Notes: generated by a model from the letters alone, not told the origin. 63,855 nt of DNA, filler included, from Octopus bimaculoides (GCF_001194135.2; 4 parts of 4 records of this genome joined end to end with filler, not necessarily neighbours in it); one strand, 5' to 3'; shown: positions 11,991 to 25,642, numbered from the whole stretch's first letter. Translations and numbers: made by a program.

Positions 11991-12587
11991 TGAGTCAAAA
12001 GTTCTGTAATATTTCAGTAACTTATTTGCTTTATCTATCAGTCACAACAAAAGCAGCCTAGCATTCAATGTAGAGGCCATCATGTTGCACAGTCTAAAAC
12101 CACCTTTCTACCAGTTCGTTGATCCAACACTGATACCAGTTCTTGTCCTTTAACAAGGTTAAGAGGATTTGATGAGAAACATCATCCGAGCATGTATGAA
12201 GGGAGTTGAAGAAGGAGGGGATGTTAAGTAAAGGTTAGGGTTAGTATTTTCACTCTATAAAAATGTCACTGTTATTGACAGAGGTAAACGAATTCCCAGT
12301 CTATAAAGACCTAAATAGACCAAAATTATTGTCCTTTTTTTTAAGGAAAAACAAAAACTAAAGGAAAATTAACAAGTGACTTTTGTACCAGCTAACCTCA
12401 TTTATAAAATTCCTTTCAGTTTTCTTCATCTAAGCTTTAAGTGTATGTGAAGCTTAGGGCATAACTATCTGGACTGATATAGTACCAGAAAACCAGAAAA
12501 ATGGTGAAAGGTTTGTATCCTGCCACTAATACTTCTTGTCATAAATAGTGCTTATTGCAAGGTTACAATGGCAAGAGATTTAATCTA

Positions 12588-12685
12588 CCACTCAGTCTAA
12601 GATCTCCACTCAGTCTAAGATCTCCACTCAGTCTAAGATCTCCACTCAGTCTAAGATCTCCACTCAGTCTAAGATCTCCACTCAG
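12588..12685. repeat. Perfect 18-bp tandem repeat (ccactcagtctaagatct) x5.4
   Basis: Five identical units plus a partial unit, at the 3' side of the minus-strand RTE fragment. Confidence 0.95.
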
Positions 12686-12719
12686 CTCTTGAGTACTTTA
12701 AGCATCCACTACTCTGTTG

Positions 12720-13690
12720 CCATCATTCAGACCAAGTCTCAACTCTAAGGATATCAAGAACTTCTTTTACTTCCTATCAGTCTCAGAACCCTCAAAAGGG
12801 TCGAAGGCTTTACCCTTAACCCTCTGACGAAGCACCATGAAAAAAAAAAAAAAATCCTCTTATGCCTAACTTTTCTCTCAAGATGCTTACACTCTGTCAA
12901 ACATGCACACTGACATTGCACATCCAGCGAAGCATACTGGCTTCATTTCTCTCAAGCCTACACATATCCTTGACTGTCACAGCCCATGTCTCACTACCAT
13001 GCGGCATAGCTGTTTGCACACAGGCATCAAACAATCTGCCTTTCACCTTGAGAGAGAGGCCCTTTATTGTCAGCAGGGGTAAGAGCTCTCTGAACTTAGC
13101 TCAGCCTAATCTTATTCACAGAGCTACACTCTCGGAACAACCACCTCCACTACTCACCTGGTCACCTAGATACCGGAAGCTATCTAGTACATCTAACCTG
13201 CAGATTTCTACCACATGTTCAGCATTTATTATGCCTGTGCATCTTTCACGTACAAAAGTTAGTTTCCTTGTTAACCTTCCTCTGATGTTGCTGCACTTTT
13301 TGTGTGTCCAAAGCTTACACTGGGTGTTTCTACCTACAGCTTTTCTACAGATTGAGCAGGGCCGTTTACCTGAGTGGATTTGTGATTTATTTGCCTTCCT
13401 ACTACCTATGACTTTGGTTTTTGCTAGGTTAACTCTAAGGCCCTTTGATTCTAGAGCTTGTCTCCATACCTGGAACTTCTTCTCTAGGTAGTGATTTAGC
13501 CATAAGAGCAATATCATCAGGTAGTGATTCAGCTATAAGAGCAAGGTCATCAGCATAGAGGAGCTCCCAGGGTAGTTTGTCTTGAATTCCTCTGCTATTG
13601 CCTGGAGGACTATGGTGAAAAAGATGGGGCTGAGCATCGATCCTTGGTGAACCCCTACTTGTACCATGAATTCATGTATTCACCTGATGA
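12720..13690 (-). mobile_element. RTE-type LINE RT fragment
   Basis: Minus strand reads GVHQGSMLSPIFFTIVLQAI... then ELLYADDLALIAES, followed by WRQALESKGLRVNLAKTK...FRYLGDQVSSGGGCSESV. Confidence 0.88.
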
Positions 13691-13997
13691 AAACTATTTT
13701 TTCTAATGATGTAATGTTTCCATTAATCAATTAAAAATTCGTTGGAAACAGCTGTAGTGGATTGACACATTATCTATCTGTTGTTATATATTTATTTATT
13801 ATTCACTTCACTTAGAACCTGCTCCTTGCATAGACCCGAAGTATATTATGGACTGTACATTTAGTGCAATGTGTGTTTCCTGATTAGCCTCAAGATTCAT
13901 GATATACTCAGTCAGGTACAGTTAATTGTATACACAACCTGAATATCTTTCTGCCTGTACTTTATTACCTGCATATGAATTCCTCTGTTTTTGTTGT

Positions 13998-14380
13998 TGG
14001 AGGCGCAATGGCCCAGTGGTTAGGGCAGCGGACTCGCGGTCATGGGATTGCGGTTTTGATTCCCAGACCGGGCGTTGTGAGTGTTTATTGAGTGAAAACA
14101 CCTAAAGCTCCACGAGGCTCTGGCAGGGGATAGTGGCGAACCCTGCTGTACTCTTTCACCACAACTTTCTCTCACTCTTACTTCCTGTTTCTGTTGTGCC
14201 TGTAATTCAAAGGGTCAGCCTTGTCACACTGTGTCACGCTGAATCTCCCCCAAGAACTACATTAAGGGTACACGTGTCTGTGGAGTGCTCAGCCACTTGC
14301 ACGTTAATTTCATGAGCAGGCTGTTCCGTTGATTGGATCAACTGGAACCCTCAATGTCGTAAGTGACAGAGTGCCAACAA
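13998..14380 (+). mobile_element. tRNA-derived SINE (family C)
   Basis: Head ggcgcaatggcccagtggttagg...gattcccag. 3' half shared with 54520-54830. Confidence 0.8.
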
Positions 14381-15026
14381 GTTGTGTACACATATTATTT
14401 TACAACCCAACCTGGTGCCTTACCATTTAAGTGTCTGATTCACTTGAATCCTGATCTATTATGTTTGTAAAAGAACTCAGAAGGCTGAGCCTCCAACCAG
14501 GCCTTTTGTGAGACCCTTAAAGCCAGGAACTTTTCAGCACCCCCTCGTAAGTTTGACGCATAGTAAAGCCCTGCTTGCATGTTTGTGATGGTGTTGGCTC
14601 CTCCGCATGTTTTAAATGGCAAACAACTCCACTTACCAAGCTATACATGGCATTAGCAAATTCCCATTTGTTCAATTGGCTAGAAATAACAGCAAAATCT
14701 CCATAAAATCACACCCTGTTGCTTTAATAAAATGATTCATCAGATAATGGGGGTCTGGAGTTCCCTACTCAAAGGGAAAAAGACAGGAGATTCGTGGTTG
14801 GATGCCTCTGATCATCGGTCGACTAAACAACTATGTTAAGATGCTGTACCCTTCTGACATTTCTACCACAATTCAAATGATTTGTTTCTCTGAATCAGCA
14901 AGCTTTATTACTACTCGAAGATCGTATTGATGATGATACTACCTTCATCATCAAGCGAATGAACCAGATAGAAAATAACAGACCTCAAGAGGCAGAGATC
15001 AAATGTCAGACACAAAGAGTGACTAG

Positions 15027-15253
15027 CGAGCTGGCAGAAACGTTAGCACGCCGGGCGAAATGCGTAGCCGTATTTCGTCTGCCGCTACGTTCTGAGTTCA
15101 TATTCTGCCGAGGTTGACTTTGCCTTTCATCCTTTCGGGGTCGATAAATTAAGTACCAGTTACGCACTGGGGGTTGATGTAATCGACTTAATCCCTTTGT
15201 CTGTCCTTGTTTGTCCACTCTATGTTTAGCCCCTTGTGGGCAATAAAGAAATA
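15027..15253 (+). mobile_element. tRNA-derived SINE (family A, tail type 1)
   Basis: Head gagctggcagaaacgttagc...gttcatattc. 15-bp TSD acaaagagtgactag at 15012-26 and 15254-68. Confidence 0.9.
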
Positions 15254-16859
15254 ACAAAGAGTGACTAGTACCTCCCCATCCCCTGTCACACCAAATTTGC
15301 CATTTGCTTCTGTTCATAATTTCAAAATAATTTTCAGTTGAAAAGGTGTGTGATTTAAGGGTGATTTAGCTGTTGTTTTTAGCACATCCCACAGCCACTT
15401 GGGACCTTCCTCATTTCTTTGTCATTCTCACATGTATTGATGTTTTTCAATATTTTTCTCCACATGAACACATTTAATGGAATCATGATGCACCCATGGA
15501 TGATCCACTGCAGGGATTTAATAAAATGAGAAAAGTTTTTGTAATTTACCNNNNNNNNNNNNNNNNNNNNNNNNNNNNNNNNNNNNNNNNNNNNNNNNNN
15601 NNNNNNNNNNNNNNNNNNNNNNNNNNNNNNNNNNNNNNNNNNNNNNNNNNNNNNNNNNNNNNNNNNNNNNNNNNNNNNNNNNNNNNNNNNNNNNNNNNNN
15701 NNNNNNNNNNNNNNNNNNNNNNNNNNNNNNNNNNNNNNNNNNNNNNNNNNNNNNNNNNNNNNNNNNNNNNNNNNNNNNNNNNNNNNNNNNNNNNNNNNNN
15801 NNNNNNNNNNNNNNNNNNNNNNNNNNNNNNNNNNNNNNNNNNNNNNNNNNNNNNNNNNAAATACCAAAAAGAGAGAAAATTTTAATTGGCTCTATGTGTG
15901 CTTTGATCCAGAATCCACAATAGGCTGTATGTATGCATGAATATTTTAAAACTTTTTTAATATGGACTTTAAAAATTATTTTGAAATTATAAACAGAAAC
16001 AAATGACAGATTCAGATTGTCTGTATTTTAAATGCCGATTAGAAAAAAAAAAAAACCCCAAAAAAACAGAAAATTAACAAGGAGTGGACATTCTAGGATT
16101 TAGGGGTGAGGATTGGGGGTGTAATTGAGGTTGCTACTAAAATATCTAGATAATTTTTGGTGTTTAACTGTATTCTTTTCTTTGTTGGATTCCAAGTCAA
16201 TTTTTTTCCATGCTAATGTCTGGTTTGATAATTTTCAAAATATTATGTCTAAGACGAGGTAAAATGAGTAATGACTAATTTCAATAATTTCTTCTCTTTA
16301 ACTGCATGATGCATAAATATATCAGGGAAAGAGTCACTGCAACAGATAGTGAAGAAACTATAAGCATTTTAATGAGCATTTTAATTTAGTCAGGTTTTAT
16401 TAATATCATATGTGTCATTTTTTCATAATACTCTTTCATTTGACCTAGATGTTTAAAAATTTTGTTGCATTTCTAGCCTTTCTGACTGATGTTTAAAGCT
16501 GGATAATGATATGGACGAATCTGTTTGCAAAAGTAATTCTGAAGAATTGAAGAGGTAAATTTACCTTATCTTGTCTTACTCATTTTGCCCCATATAAATT
16601 TGTCTTTTATATGCTCAATGAGAACGGTGAAAATTTTCTGAAATAGTGTTCTGAATACATTATGGTGTTTTTAATGCATTTAGAGGGGGTCATTTGCTAA
16701 GCTGGTATAGTTTTTGTAAGGTAGTGAACATTTGTAAAAAATATATTTCTTCTCAAAGTCAAAAATGAAGTAAAAACTCTTCATTGTTCCCCCACCCACC
16801 CCTATATATTTTATATGTGTGTGTGTGTCTTGGATTTACTCAAATGCATTCCCCCTGTG

Positions 16860-17647
16860 TTAGCTTTGTGAACCACCTTTCAAATTCTGAGTAAATCCTC
16901 TGTTGAACCGATTCACTGTTACTACTATTGCTATCACCACCACCATCGTTCTTATGATCACAACCACCACTACAGGCGACAGCAGTAGCTGGTTCTAATA
17001 AAACCATTAAGTAGGTAACTAGGTGGTTGGAGTTATCTCCGTTGAAGACAAGAGCACTTTCCACCGCCGCCGCGCAGCGTCGCCACTGCTGGCAACACTG
17101 CTGATGTTTGGTTGCTGAAGGTTTCAGCTGAGGGCTTTCTTCTGTTGTTGTGGAACCCATCTCTTGTGTGTGTTTGAGCTTATGCCTGGTTGCCTGTCTG
17201 TCCAGTGCAGGCCAATGCTGTGCAAGTGGTGCGGTTCTCAGCTGTACTACTGCCTTTACTATGTTGTCTTACTGGCCGCTATCGTAGGATCGCATCCGTC
17301 GGCATTTACTTCGCTACCGTTCCACCTCAACGAATGCTTCCAAATGCCGTGCACTTTAACCGCGAACGTTCCCTACACGCAATCACTTCCACACACAACA
17401 TCAACAGCCTAAACCGTTTCCTTCGTTTCCATCTATCCTGCGTACCGCCATCACCACCACCACTATTATTACCTAGCACCACTACTAACACATTTATTTA
17501 CAAGGCGACCCACTGTACGAATCACGGCTCTTTGATTTGCTACCGAGGTTAACAATACCACACCATCTCACGAACCCCCACTTTGTCTTCTTGTACCTCA
17601 ACATTATCTTCTACTCTTTTTCTACATTGTCCAGAGATCGCTCAATG
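16860..17647. promoter_or_regulatory. CpG-rich putative promoter or first-exon region
   Basis: Local CpG and GC enrichment (ccgccgccgcgcagcgtcgcc). Ends in ATG|GTAAGT at 17645-17653. Confidence 0.45.
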
Positions 17648-18478
17648 GTAAGTCTTTAAAAAATATACAGATAGAATGAGAGAGAGAAAGAAAGAAAGAA
17701 TTGCAAAAAAGAATGAAGGAGAGGTAGAAATGAGAATGAAAGAAAGAATGAAGAAAATAAAATTTAAAAAGTAGTTTTAAGAAACCTTTTACTCATCATT
17801 CACTGTCCATTTGAGTAATATATTTATTTATTCTAAGTGAAAAGTGTCAAATATGCAGTAAGTTAGACTCTGGTCTTAAGAATCCTTCCTTCCCCTCTAA
17901 AATAAGGAAGGAATGGAAGTTTATTTTCTGTTATTTAGTGTTCCTTCAGATCTTCCTTTTATTAATTAGTGACTTCAGGTGAAGCAACTTAGAATTTTAT
18001 CTCAGTTTTTCTTTTTCTTTCTTTCTCCCCTCTTCTGTAATTTCAAGTTTGGTTGTTTTTTTTTGTTTTTTCTCTTTAGTGTTGGTTTGTTGGGAAGAGA
18101 AAAAAATAACAAGGAAGAAATTCCTTTTAAGGAAAGAGAGAAAGAAAAAGGCAGTCGGAAACAAACAAACAAACAAAAATTATATTGATTGATTGTAAAG
18201 TTTGGTTCCATGTGTCCCCTCCCCTCCACCAAGAGAGTTTGTGATGGTGGGTCAGTCACGAAATGCTGTCTTCTCTCAAGTTTGACACATCAAGTAAAAA
18301 AGTAAAAGTGTGTTAGATTCCGCTCTATCTTAATTCCTTACAAATACTTCTTCCATACTTCATCTACAACACGTATGTATGTATATTTGCGTGTGTATAA
18401 ATGTATATATATATATATAAATGTTATGAACTTATCACCTGCTGCAATATATAAATGTATTTGTGTGTATACATGCAA

Positions 18479-18509
<31 letters not shown>

Positions 18510-18747
18510 GTGTGTGTGTGTACGTATATACATAATTCTATGTTTATGTGTATGTATATATATATATAAATGTGTGAACATGCATGTATATATATATATG
18601 TATGCATATACATGTGTGTCTATAAATGCGTATATATGTGTGTACGTGCATATAACTATATGAACTTCCTTCCTTTTATATTCCTGATTGTCGACTAATT
18701 CCATTCCATCAACAACCTTCTGCTACTAGAAAGTATTTGTGTATGTA

Positions 18748-18785
<38 letters not shown>

Positions 18786-18793
18786 GTGTGTGT

Positions 18794-18893
18794 NNNNNNN
18801 NNNNNNNNNNNNNNNNNNNNNNNNNNNNNNNNNNNNNTTAATTAATTAANNNNNNNNNNNNNNNNNNNNNNNNNNNNNNNNNNNNNNNNNNNN
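18794..18893. other. Scaffold gap with TTAATTAATTAA linker (18838-49)
   Basis: 100-bp N run with a central 12-mer giving stops in all six frames. Assembly artefact. Confidence 0.95.
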
Positions 18894-18927
<34 letters not shown>

Positions 18928-18984
18928 GGGAGAGACAGAGACAGTGAGAGAAAGAATGAAAGATTTTCTTAGAAGTTAATGGCT

Positions 18985-19400
18985 ACAAAAAAAGAACATT
19001 TCTGAAAACCAGAATACCAAGAACCTTTCGGAGCGAGTCTTTAAAGGTCATCGTGAGCTCGGCAATGCATAACGTGCACCGTTTCGTCCCCTTTATGTAG
19101 GGGCCTGAGTTCTCGAGTATTTTACATGCGGTCGAGTGTGGAATCTCCTCATCTCGTAATTGCCAGATATCGCTGGCCAGCAATGTCACGTATCTCCTTT
19201 CCGGGACTCTGAAGAAGGCGGATCATTGGAAATACGTTGTTTGAGAGAGTTCCCAGGAAACCCCTGAACACACGAGGATCATTAAGGACTCCCTTGTACC
19301 AGAGAGCATCCTGAGCTCCAGGACAGAGATTTTCGGACCATTCCTACATTTTCGAAAATTCCTGCTGGCCTTTTGCAATCTGCATGGCGGCACCACAACC
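18985..19400 (-). mobile_element. Penelope-like GIY-YIG endonuclease remnant
   Basis: SLKQRISN..., FRVPERRYVTLLASDIWQLRDEEIPHSTACKILENSGPYIKGTKRCTLCIAE resembles the PLE GIY-YIG C-terminus (T.LS.YIW.LK...PY......C.LC..EK). Confidence 0.7.
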
Positions 19401-19898
19401 GGAAACCAATAGCCAAGGCTGAAGGAAGACAATCGTTTACCTTCGTGGCGCTTAATGACCGCAGGATGGCAACCCGGCCGAAGATCGATGAACAATAGTA
19501 ACGGAAGATAATGACCTAGCTTTTATCTACATTTAGAAACGAGGCTTTCCCCACTCTATATTTTAAAAAGGAGGGCTTAATTGTGTATGTATATCTAGAA
19601 ATAATATACTTTTGTTTAACGAATATGTAATTTTGTCTTGCTGCGGAAATATAGTAGCAGCTAAGAGTACAAATCTTCCATATTTTGTATTTCTGGATAA
19701 GCATCAGAGATCGCTTCCTCCACCTCTCAACAAGCAAATACTGAAGAAATAAATCCTCTCATGTAAATGGTAAACAAACTATTACTAGTGTAAAGCAATT
19801 TACTTAATGATATGTGGTTGACAGCTGGAATTTAGTAACAGACATTCAATCATGTCCACACACGTGGTACATACACATACACACGCACACCCAAACAC

Positions 19899-19949
<51 letters not shown>

Positions 19950-20429
19950 GATACATACATACATACGTACGTACGTAAGTGTGTGTATGTATGTATGTAT
20001 ATATTCATAAGCACACTGATGTACACACCCGCACGCAGAAATATTTATTCAACCTGTAAATATAATTAAAACAAGGACCACATTCTCTCTATGATTCGAA
20101 GTAATGCGAGAGGTTTTACTTGTACAAATCCAGCAATGCTTTCACAATGACGCTAAACTTCTCTACTTTCAACACTGTCCATTACAATGGTTCACTAAAT
20201 TAATTATCTCTGAGGAAGTTCATTTCTCTTTCTATAATGACGCCTGACATGAACCTGCTGAGGCTCAGTGGTTTCAGGGGATTTCTTTTAGACCCCTTAA
20301 CTTATGATCAAACACTCATGATCGCATGATGGCGGTTTCGATTCCTGGACCCGGTGATGCGATTATTTATTGATCAAAATACAAGAAATATTTTATTAAA
20401 GAAACTTTCTGATTTTATTTCGGAGCTTC

Positions 20430-21010
20430 ACATGATGGGCGTTGATGAGGCGTCGACGATACGATAACGGAATCGGTAACATAAGAAGTTTGCCATTTCC
20501 AAGATCCCCAAGTACTTATAGCCCGTCTCTTATATCTGCTTCATAACCTCCCCAGACGGTATCGCTAGCCCGTCCATACATTTGACTGTTCCTCTCTTCA
20601 AGACTAACACACCACACTTTCTCAGTCCGAACTCCAATCTGATATCAGTACTGAATTCTTGGGATTCATTTTTATCAAAGTTTGAGGTCATTCATGAATA
20701 ACAAATGGTTGACTTTTTGCTAGCGGCTTTTGAATACCTACCCAGCTTTTGCTTTCCTCAGAATCAGTGCTAGTGGTATCAAGCACAGTACAAAAGTCAG
20801 TGGGGGCAGGCAGTCCCCTTGGAAGATACCCCTCCTAATTTCTACTATCCCTAAACTTCTTCCGTATGCTGTGAGGTCCGTCCTCCAATTCGCCATACTT
20901 TTTCCAAGCAATCGCTCAACATTCGATGCAACACCAAATAAGTTCATACACTTCATAATCCAAGAATGTGGCATCATATCGCACGCCTTACGATAATCGA
21001 TCCATGACAT
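20430..21010 (-). mobile_element. R4/Dong-clade non-LTR RT fragment
   Basis: [17 protein letters not shown]...IRRGIFQGDCLPPLTFVLCLIPL and DIRLEFGLRKCGVLVLKRG...YKYLGILE. Confidence 0.8.
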
Positions 21011-21181
21011 GACTTTTCCTCCTCTTGCAGTCTCTAAGTACTGTTTTGTCTATCAGGGGTTGATCCTTGGTACCTCTGCACTTACGCTTGCAACCCTTCT
21101 GCTCATGTGGCAGGACTCCATATTATTAACATTTTCATTAGCATCTTCTTTCAATTCTGTTTTCATTTCTTGCGGAGCGTC

Positions 21182-21234
<53 letters not shown>

Positions 21235-21922
21235 CTTTCTCTTTCTCTGACCCATTAGTTATGCTCATTGTACAACAATGATTACATAGTATTCATCACT
21301 ATCCTAATACCACAATCGAATGCCAGAGTAAATTGTTTCTTGTCCTCAAATAGCTTGCAGTATCCCCCAGTGACCTATCCCATGTGCTTTCTAATTACAG
21401 TAACCAACAATCATGGGTCAGAAAATAATGTTAGATGAAATCCTTGCGTACACACTGCAACGATCGAAAATTAATGAACGACGAATTGTATCTTCTTTAT
21501 CTTAATACTGCTTCTCCGACAAACAGTGCTTTATAGTGGCTCTCATTAGAAACCTGTAACAATTTTTATAAAGCAAACTGTCTCTTTTTGTCAAACAAGT
21601 TTGGAGTGACAAAAAATAAAGTATCATTTTTTCATACCCATTGAGACTAAGTCTTCGTTATTACAGACATCTAATCGATTATACACAAACGCCTAGTAAG
21701 AACCGTATCAGTCACCAACTGACCATTTGTAAATATAAATTCTGCATAATTTCTTGTGTGATTTTCTTTTCAATTGAAAGCATACACACACATACACACA
21801 CACACACGCATGCACACAAGTATATTTATGTGTGCGTGTATATGTTTGGCCGTGTGTATTTGTATGTTAATGTGCGTACGTATATACAAGCATATACATA
21901 TGTATGTATATATAGTTACATG

Positions 21923-21999
<77 letters not shown>

Positions 22000-23527
22000 C
22001 ATACATACATATACATATATATATATATGCATGTGCAACTATTATATATATGTATATATATGTGTATGTGTGTGTTCGTATGTATGCATATATTCACGTG
22101 TATGTGTGTGCATGTGTAAGCATGGATGTTTATATGTGACATCACTTAAACGAGTGTTAAAGCTTGGGAGAATATGTGAAGTAGATGAGATAGGTGGTTG
22201 AAAGTGTGGGTGTAGTGCTTCGAGTGGGAGTATGAGGTGATGATGGAAAGTGGTGAGAGGGTGGAAAAAAGAACGACCATGTTAAGTGAGTATTATTGAT
22301 GCAGAAAGGAAGATGTAGAGGATCAGAAATAGAGATAAAATAATTATCTTCCGGTTGGAATGAACAATGGAAGAAAATGAAGTTTAATGGAGTCGCTTGT
22401 ACAGGGAGGGAGGTGACAGAGATAGAAAAGAGAAAGAGAGGGAAAAGGGGGAGGTAATGAAAGAAGAAAAATAGTAATGTAAGAGCAAATGATAGAAAGA
22501 GAGAATGAAATAAAATAAGGAATGCGAGAAGGAAGGGTAGGATGGAAGAAAGAAAAAGAATGAAAGAAAGAACAACGGAAAGCTAATAGGCAAGAAGGAA
22601 ATAGAAAGTGAAAGAATGAAACTTGATATAACTGAAAGAAGGAAAATAATAGTGAAAGACAGAAATATCGAACGAATGATTGAATGAATGAGAATGAATA
22701 AGCAAGCAGAAAGGCAGGTTTAAAAACGGGATAGAAATGTAAAAGTGAAAAAAAGGAAATGTCCACTGCCATTACCGTTGACATAAGATGATAGATAAGT
22801 TATTTAGGTGAACACAATACGTGGACAGAAATAACCTCAAGTAATGGGGTACCTTCATAGTGAAGAAAGTTCGGGTTCTATTCTTCGAATGTTATCTTCT
22901 TTTCATACAATTTACTCTCGTGAAGGTTGCGAAAATAAGCTGTAAATTACACTTTACTTATGACGCAACACAGAATGAAAAAAAAGGGAATTATTACAAA
23001 AGAGAAATACGTAGGCTGGGCTTTATTCTGTTTCTTTCGTTTACTTATTTGATATCAGAACAATGACTTCGTTGGTTACGAGTTTGGAACGGGCTGGGTT
23101 TCTCGTGTTGCACGTGCTTGATGCAATGCAATTGGCGTGAGTGATAAGGGAGTGTCAGTAAATCGATGTAGAAATAATACCGCCAAGGACTTCGCTTGAG
23201 CCGTTCTTTTCATTTATATATATATATATAGAGAGAGAGAAGGCTGAAAAGGAACACACGAGTTGATATATATATATGGAAAAAAAGTCAAGGAAGAAAA
23301 TGCTAAAATAATTTAATAAAAAACATTTCAGTACCGGTTTCGGTCATTGAGACGTTTTTGAACTGTAAGTATGGAAAACAATTAAATTCTGGAAAAATTA
23401 AATGAAAAGTGTTTTGAAAGAATATTTGCAGCGACATAAAACTCCCTCATGCACTAAATATCAATCTGTAGAATATTCCTTTTATTCTTCTTGTTATTCT
23501 TAATATTTTCTTTTTTATTATTCAAAG

Positions 23528-23691
23528 GTTTGAGTGAACGTCGTTGTGGACTTGACGGCTATTGGTTGGGCAAATATCAAAATGAGACTTCAAATACAAA
23601 TGGGTGGACAAATTACACAGGATGCTATATACCGGAGGTTTGGGATGTTTACAGTAAAATGTTCGTCGATAAACCAGAAGCGACCAAATTG
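23528..23691 (+). CDS. PDFR: Class B1 GPCR (PDF-receptor-like), exon encoding end of hormone-binding ECD: (G)LSERRCGLDGYWLGKYQNETSNTNGWTNYTGCYIPEVWDVYSKMFVDKPEATKL
   Basis: AG acceptor 23526-27 and GTGAGT donor 23692. Contains the R-C-x-x-x-G-x-W and GWTNYTxCY motifs typical of PDF-type secretin-family receptors. Phase 0 end joins the exon at 37200 in frame. Orthology assigned from motif recall, not a search. Confidence 0.8.
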
Positions 23692-23819
23692 GTGAGTATT
23701 TCATATCTCTTCTCCTTCTTTGTTTTATTTTTGCTCTCTTCATCTAGTTTTCTTTGCTTATTCACATATTTGAACTTTATTTTTTCTGTATACAAGCCTG
23801 CTCTGAATTTTCCTGTTTT

Positions 23820-23820
<1 letters not shown>

Positions 23821-23906
<86 letters not shown>

Positions 23907-23938
23907 AAGAAGAATAACAACAACAACAATAACAACAA
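23821..23938. repeat. Compound microsatellite (AAT)n(AAG)n(AAC)n
   Basis: Read directly from the sequence. Confidence 0.95.
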
Positions 23939-24129
23939 GAGTAAATGCCCTGTTGCAATACCAGTTACTGGCTGTCATGGCTTTGATCTTAAATGATTAG
24001 AAGTGTTATCATGTTTTGTCTTTTTGTCTTTGTATAAAAGATTGGCTACAACAAATGTTCTGCTCAATACCACAAATTTGCTTGTCAGTTGCTTGACTTT
24101 AACCAGCTGAGCATGTCCCTTTGAGATGC

Positions 24130-25340
24130 ATTTCGCATAAAGAAGCGTGTTGGCGTACGTGGACGACATCACCATCATATTCTCAGACACCATGCATATC
24201 GAGGTAACATGCACTGCTCTAAGAAATTACGAGGTATTGACGGAAGCAAGACTCAATCAAGAAAAGATAGTGGGCTTGTTACTGGGCACCTACTGAGGCA
24301 GGCTAAGGCTTTCCAGAAGCGTCGGGTGCTGAACGGACCGGTTAAATTGTTTGGGATCTGGTTTGGTCTAAATCTCACGTGAAGAAAAACAGAAACGCTG
24401 TAACGAGCAAGGTGGCCTACGTCACCGGCAAATTGGCTGAGAGGAAGGTATCCCTGAAAGGTCAAGTAGAGATGACGAATACTTACATCGACACCATCAT
24501 ATGTTACTTTATGAGCGTCGTGTAACAAGACTGGAATGCCTACTCTTCTGTTGTCTGTGGAAAGGACAGATTTTACAAATCAGTTATTTCATTTATAGTC
24601 ACCATCTGCCGAGAAGGGAACTGGGCATGTCGTCACTGATGGCTCGCAGGCGTACATTGAGGTTAAGGCATTTTCAGTTTTTCTTTAACAAAAACAGATG
24701 TGGTGGTTGTGGTTTCTTTTTCCACAGCTCATCTCGTTTACGGATCTTTAGCCCTGGATCAAGCGTAGACCAAGTAGGTCACCTGACAACCACACTGTCA
24801 TAAACACTCACAACCAGTCAGGCAATACGGTAGATAAGTTCCATCGTAGCATGTTTTTACAAGGTTAGTAGGAGGAAGGACATCAAGGTATCAAATAAAC
24901 TCTCCGGGCTTGGAAGTGCCGTCAGCAGTCCTAACCAAGACGTATACAGAGCGACGACATTCCTCTGCAACCACTCGTCCATTGATATTTGGAGTCTGCA
25001 GTGGTGTGTAGGACGGATCCGGCAATCATAATGATTCCATTGTGAAGATACCTCCTCGCCTTCCTTCGGGTAGGAAGGACAAGCTGTTTTCATCCTTTGG
25101 TGGCCTTAGCTAAATCGGTTGTGTGATGGACCAAACCGAACGTACTGAAAACATACACCGTATTCTTTCACCAAGATTTCATCAAATATCATTCAGAAAG
25201 GCGAGGGAAGTTCTATGTTCTAAGAAATGTGTTGATAGGTGAATGAAAGTGGCAAGGATGGTCCGAGTGAATGGGTCTTCACTGAGTATGCGCCTGTAGA
25301 TTGAGCGAGGAAGATAGGGAGGGAACATTTACCTTAAAAG
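24130..25340 (-). mobile_element. Highly decayed non-LTR RT-like segment (possibly L1/Tx1)
   Basis: GC-richer block with degenerate motifs LLHDAHKVTYDGVD, NLTGPFSTRR...CPVTSPLSF and STYAN in RT order. The clade assignment is a guess. Confidence 0.35.
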
Positions 25341-25494
25341 ACAGAAGTTACCCCAGGTTTGGGGAACTTTTCTTTCTTTCATTGTGTTATCTTACTGTTT
25401 ATTTTACTGTTTACACCTTGAATGTTGAATTGTATTGAATCTTCCTGTACCCTCATCTACCTTCTGCAGATCTTTACTGGTTAATGAAGACGTC

Positions 25495-25495
<1 letters not shown>

Positions 25496-25528
<33 letters not shown>

Positions 25529-25534
25529 ATATCG

Positions 25535-25610
<76 letters not shown>

Positions 25611-25642
25611 CATTATTATTGTTATTACTATTATTATTATTG
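25496..25642. repeat. Compound microsatellite (AGT)n(ATT)n
   Basis: Read directly from the sequence. Confidence 0.95.

Noticed and set aside
12588-12685. CRISPR-like repeat array
   Set aside because: There are no spacers, the context is eukaryotic, and it is a simple tandem repeat.
13998-14075. tRNA gene
   Set aside because: The tRNA-like head continues into a SINE body and no complete cloverleaf is evident. The same applies to 55496-55566.
18838-18849. TTAATTAATTAA palindrome occurring three times
   Set aside because: Always centred in a 100-bp N gap, so it is an assembly linker and not a biological motif.
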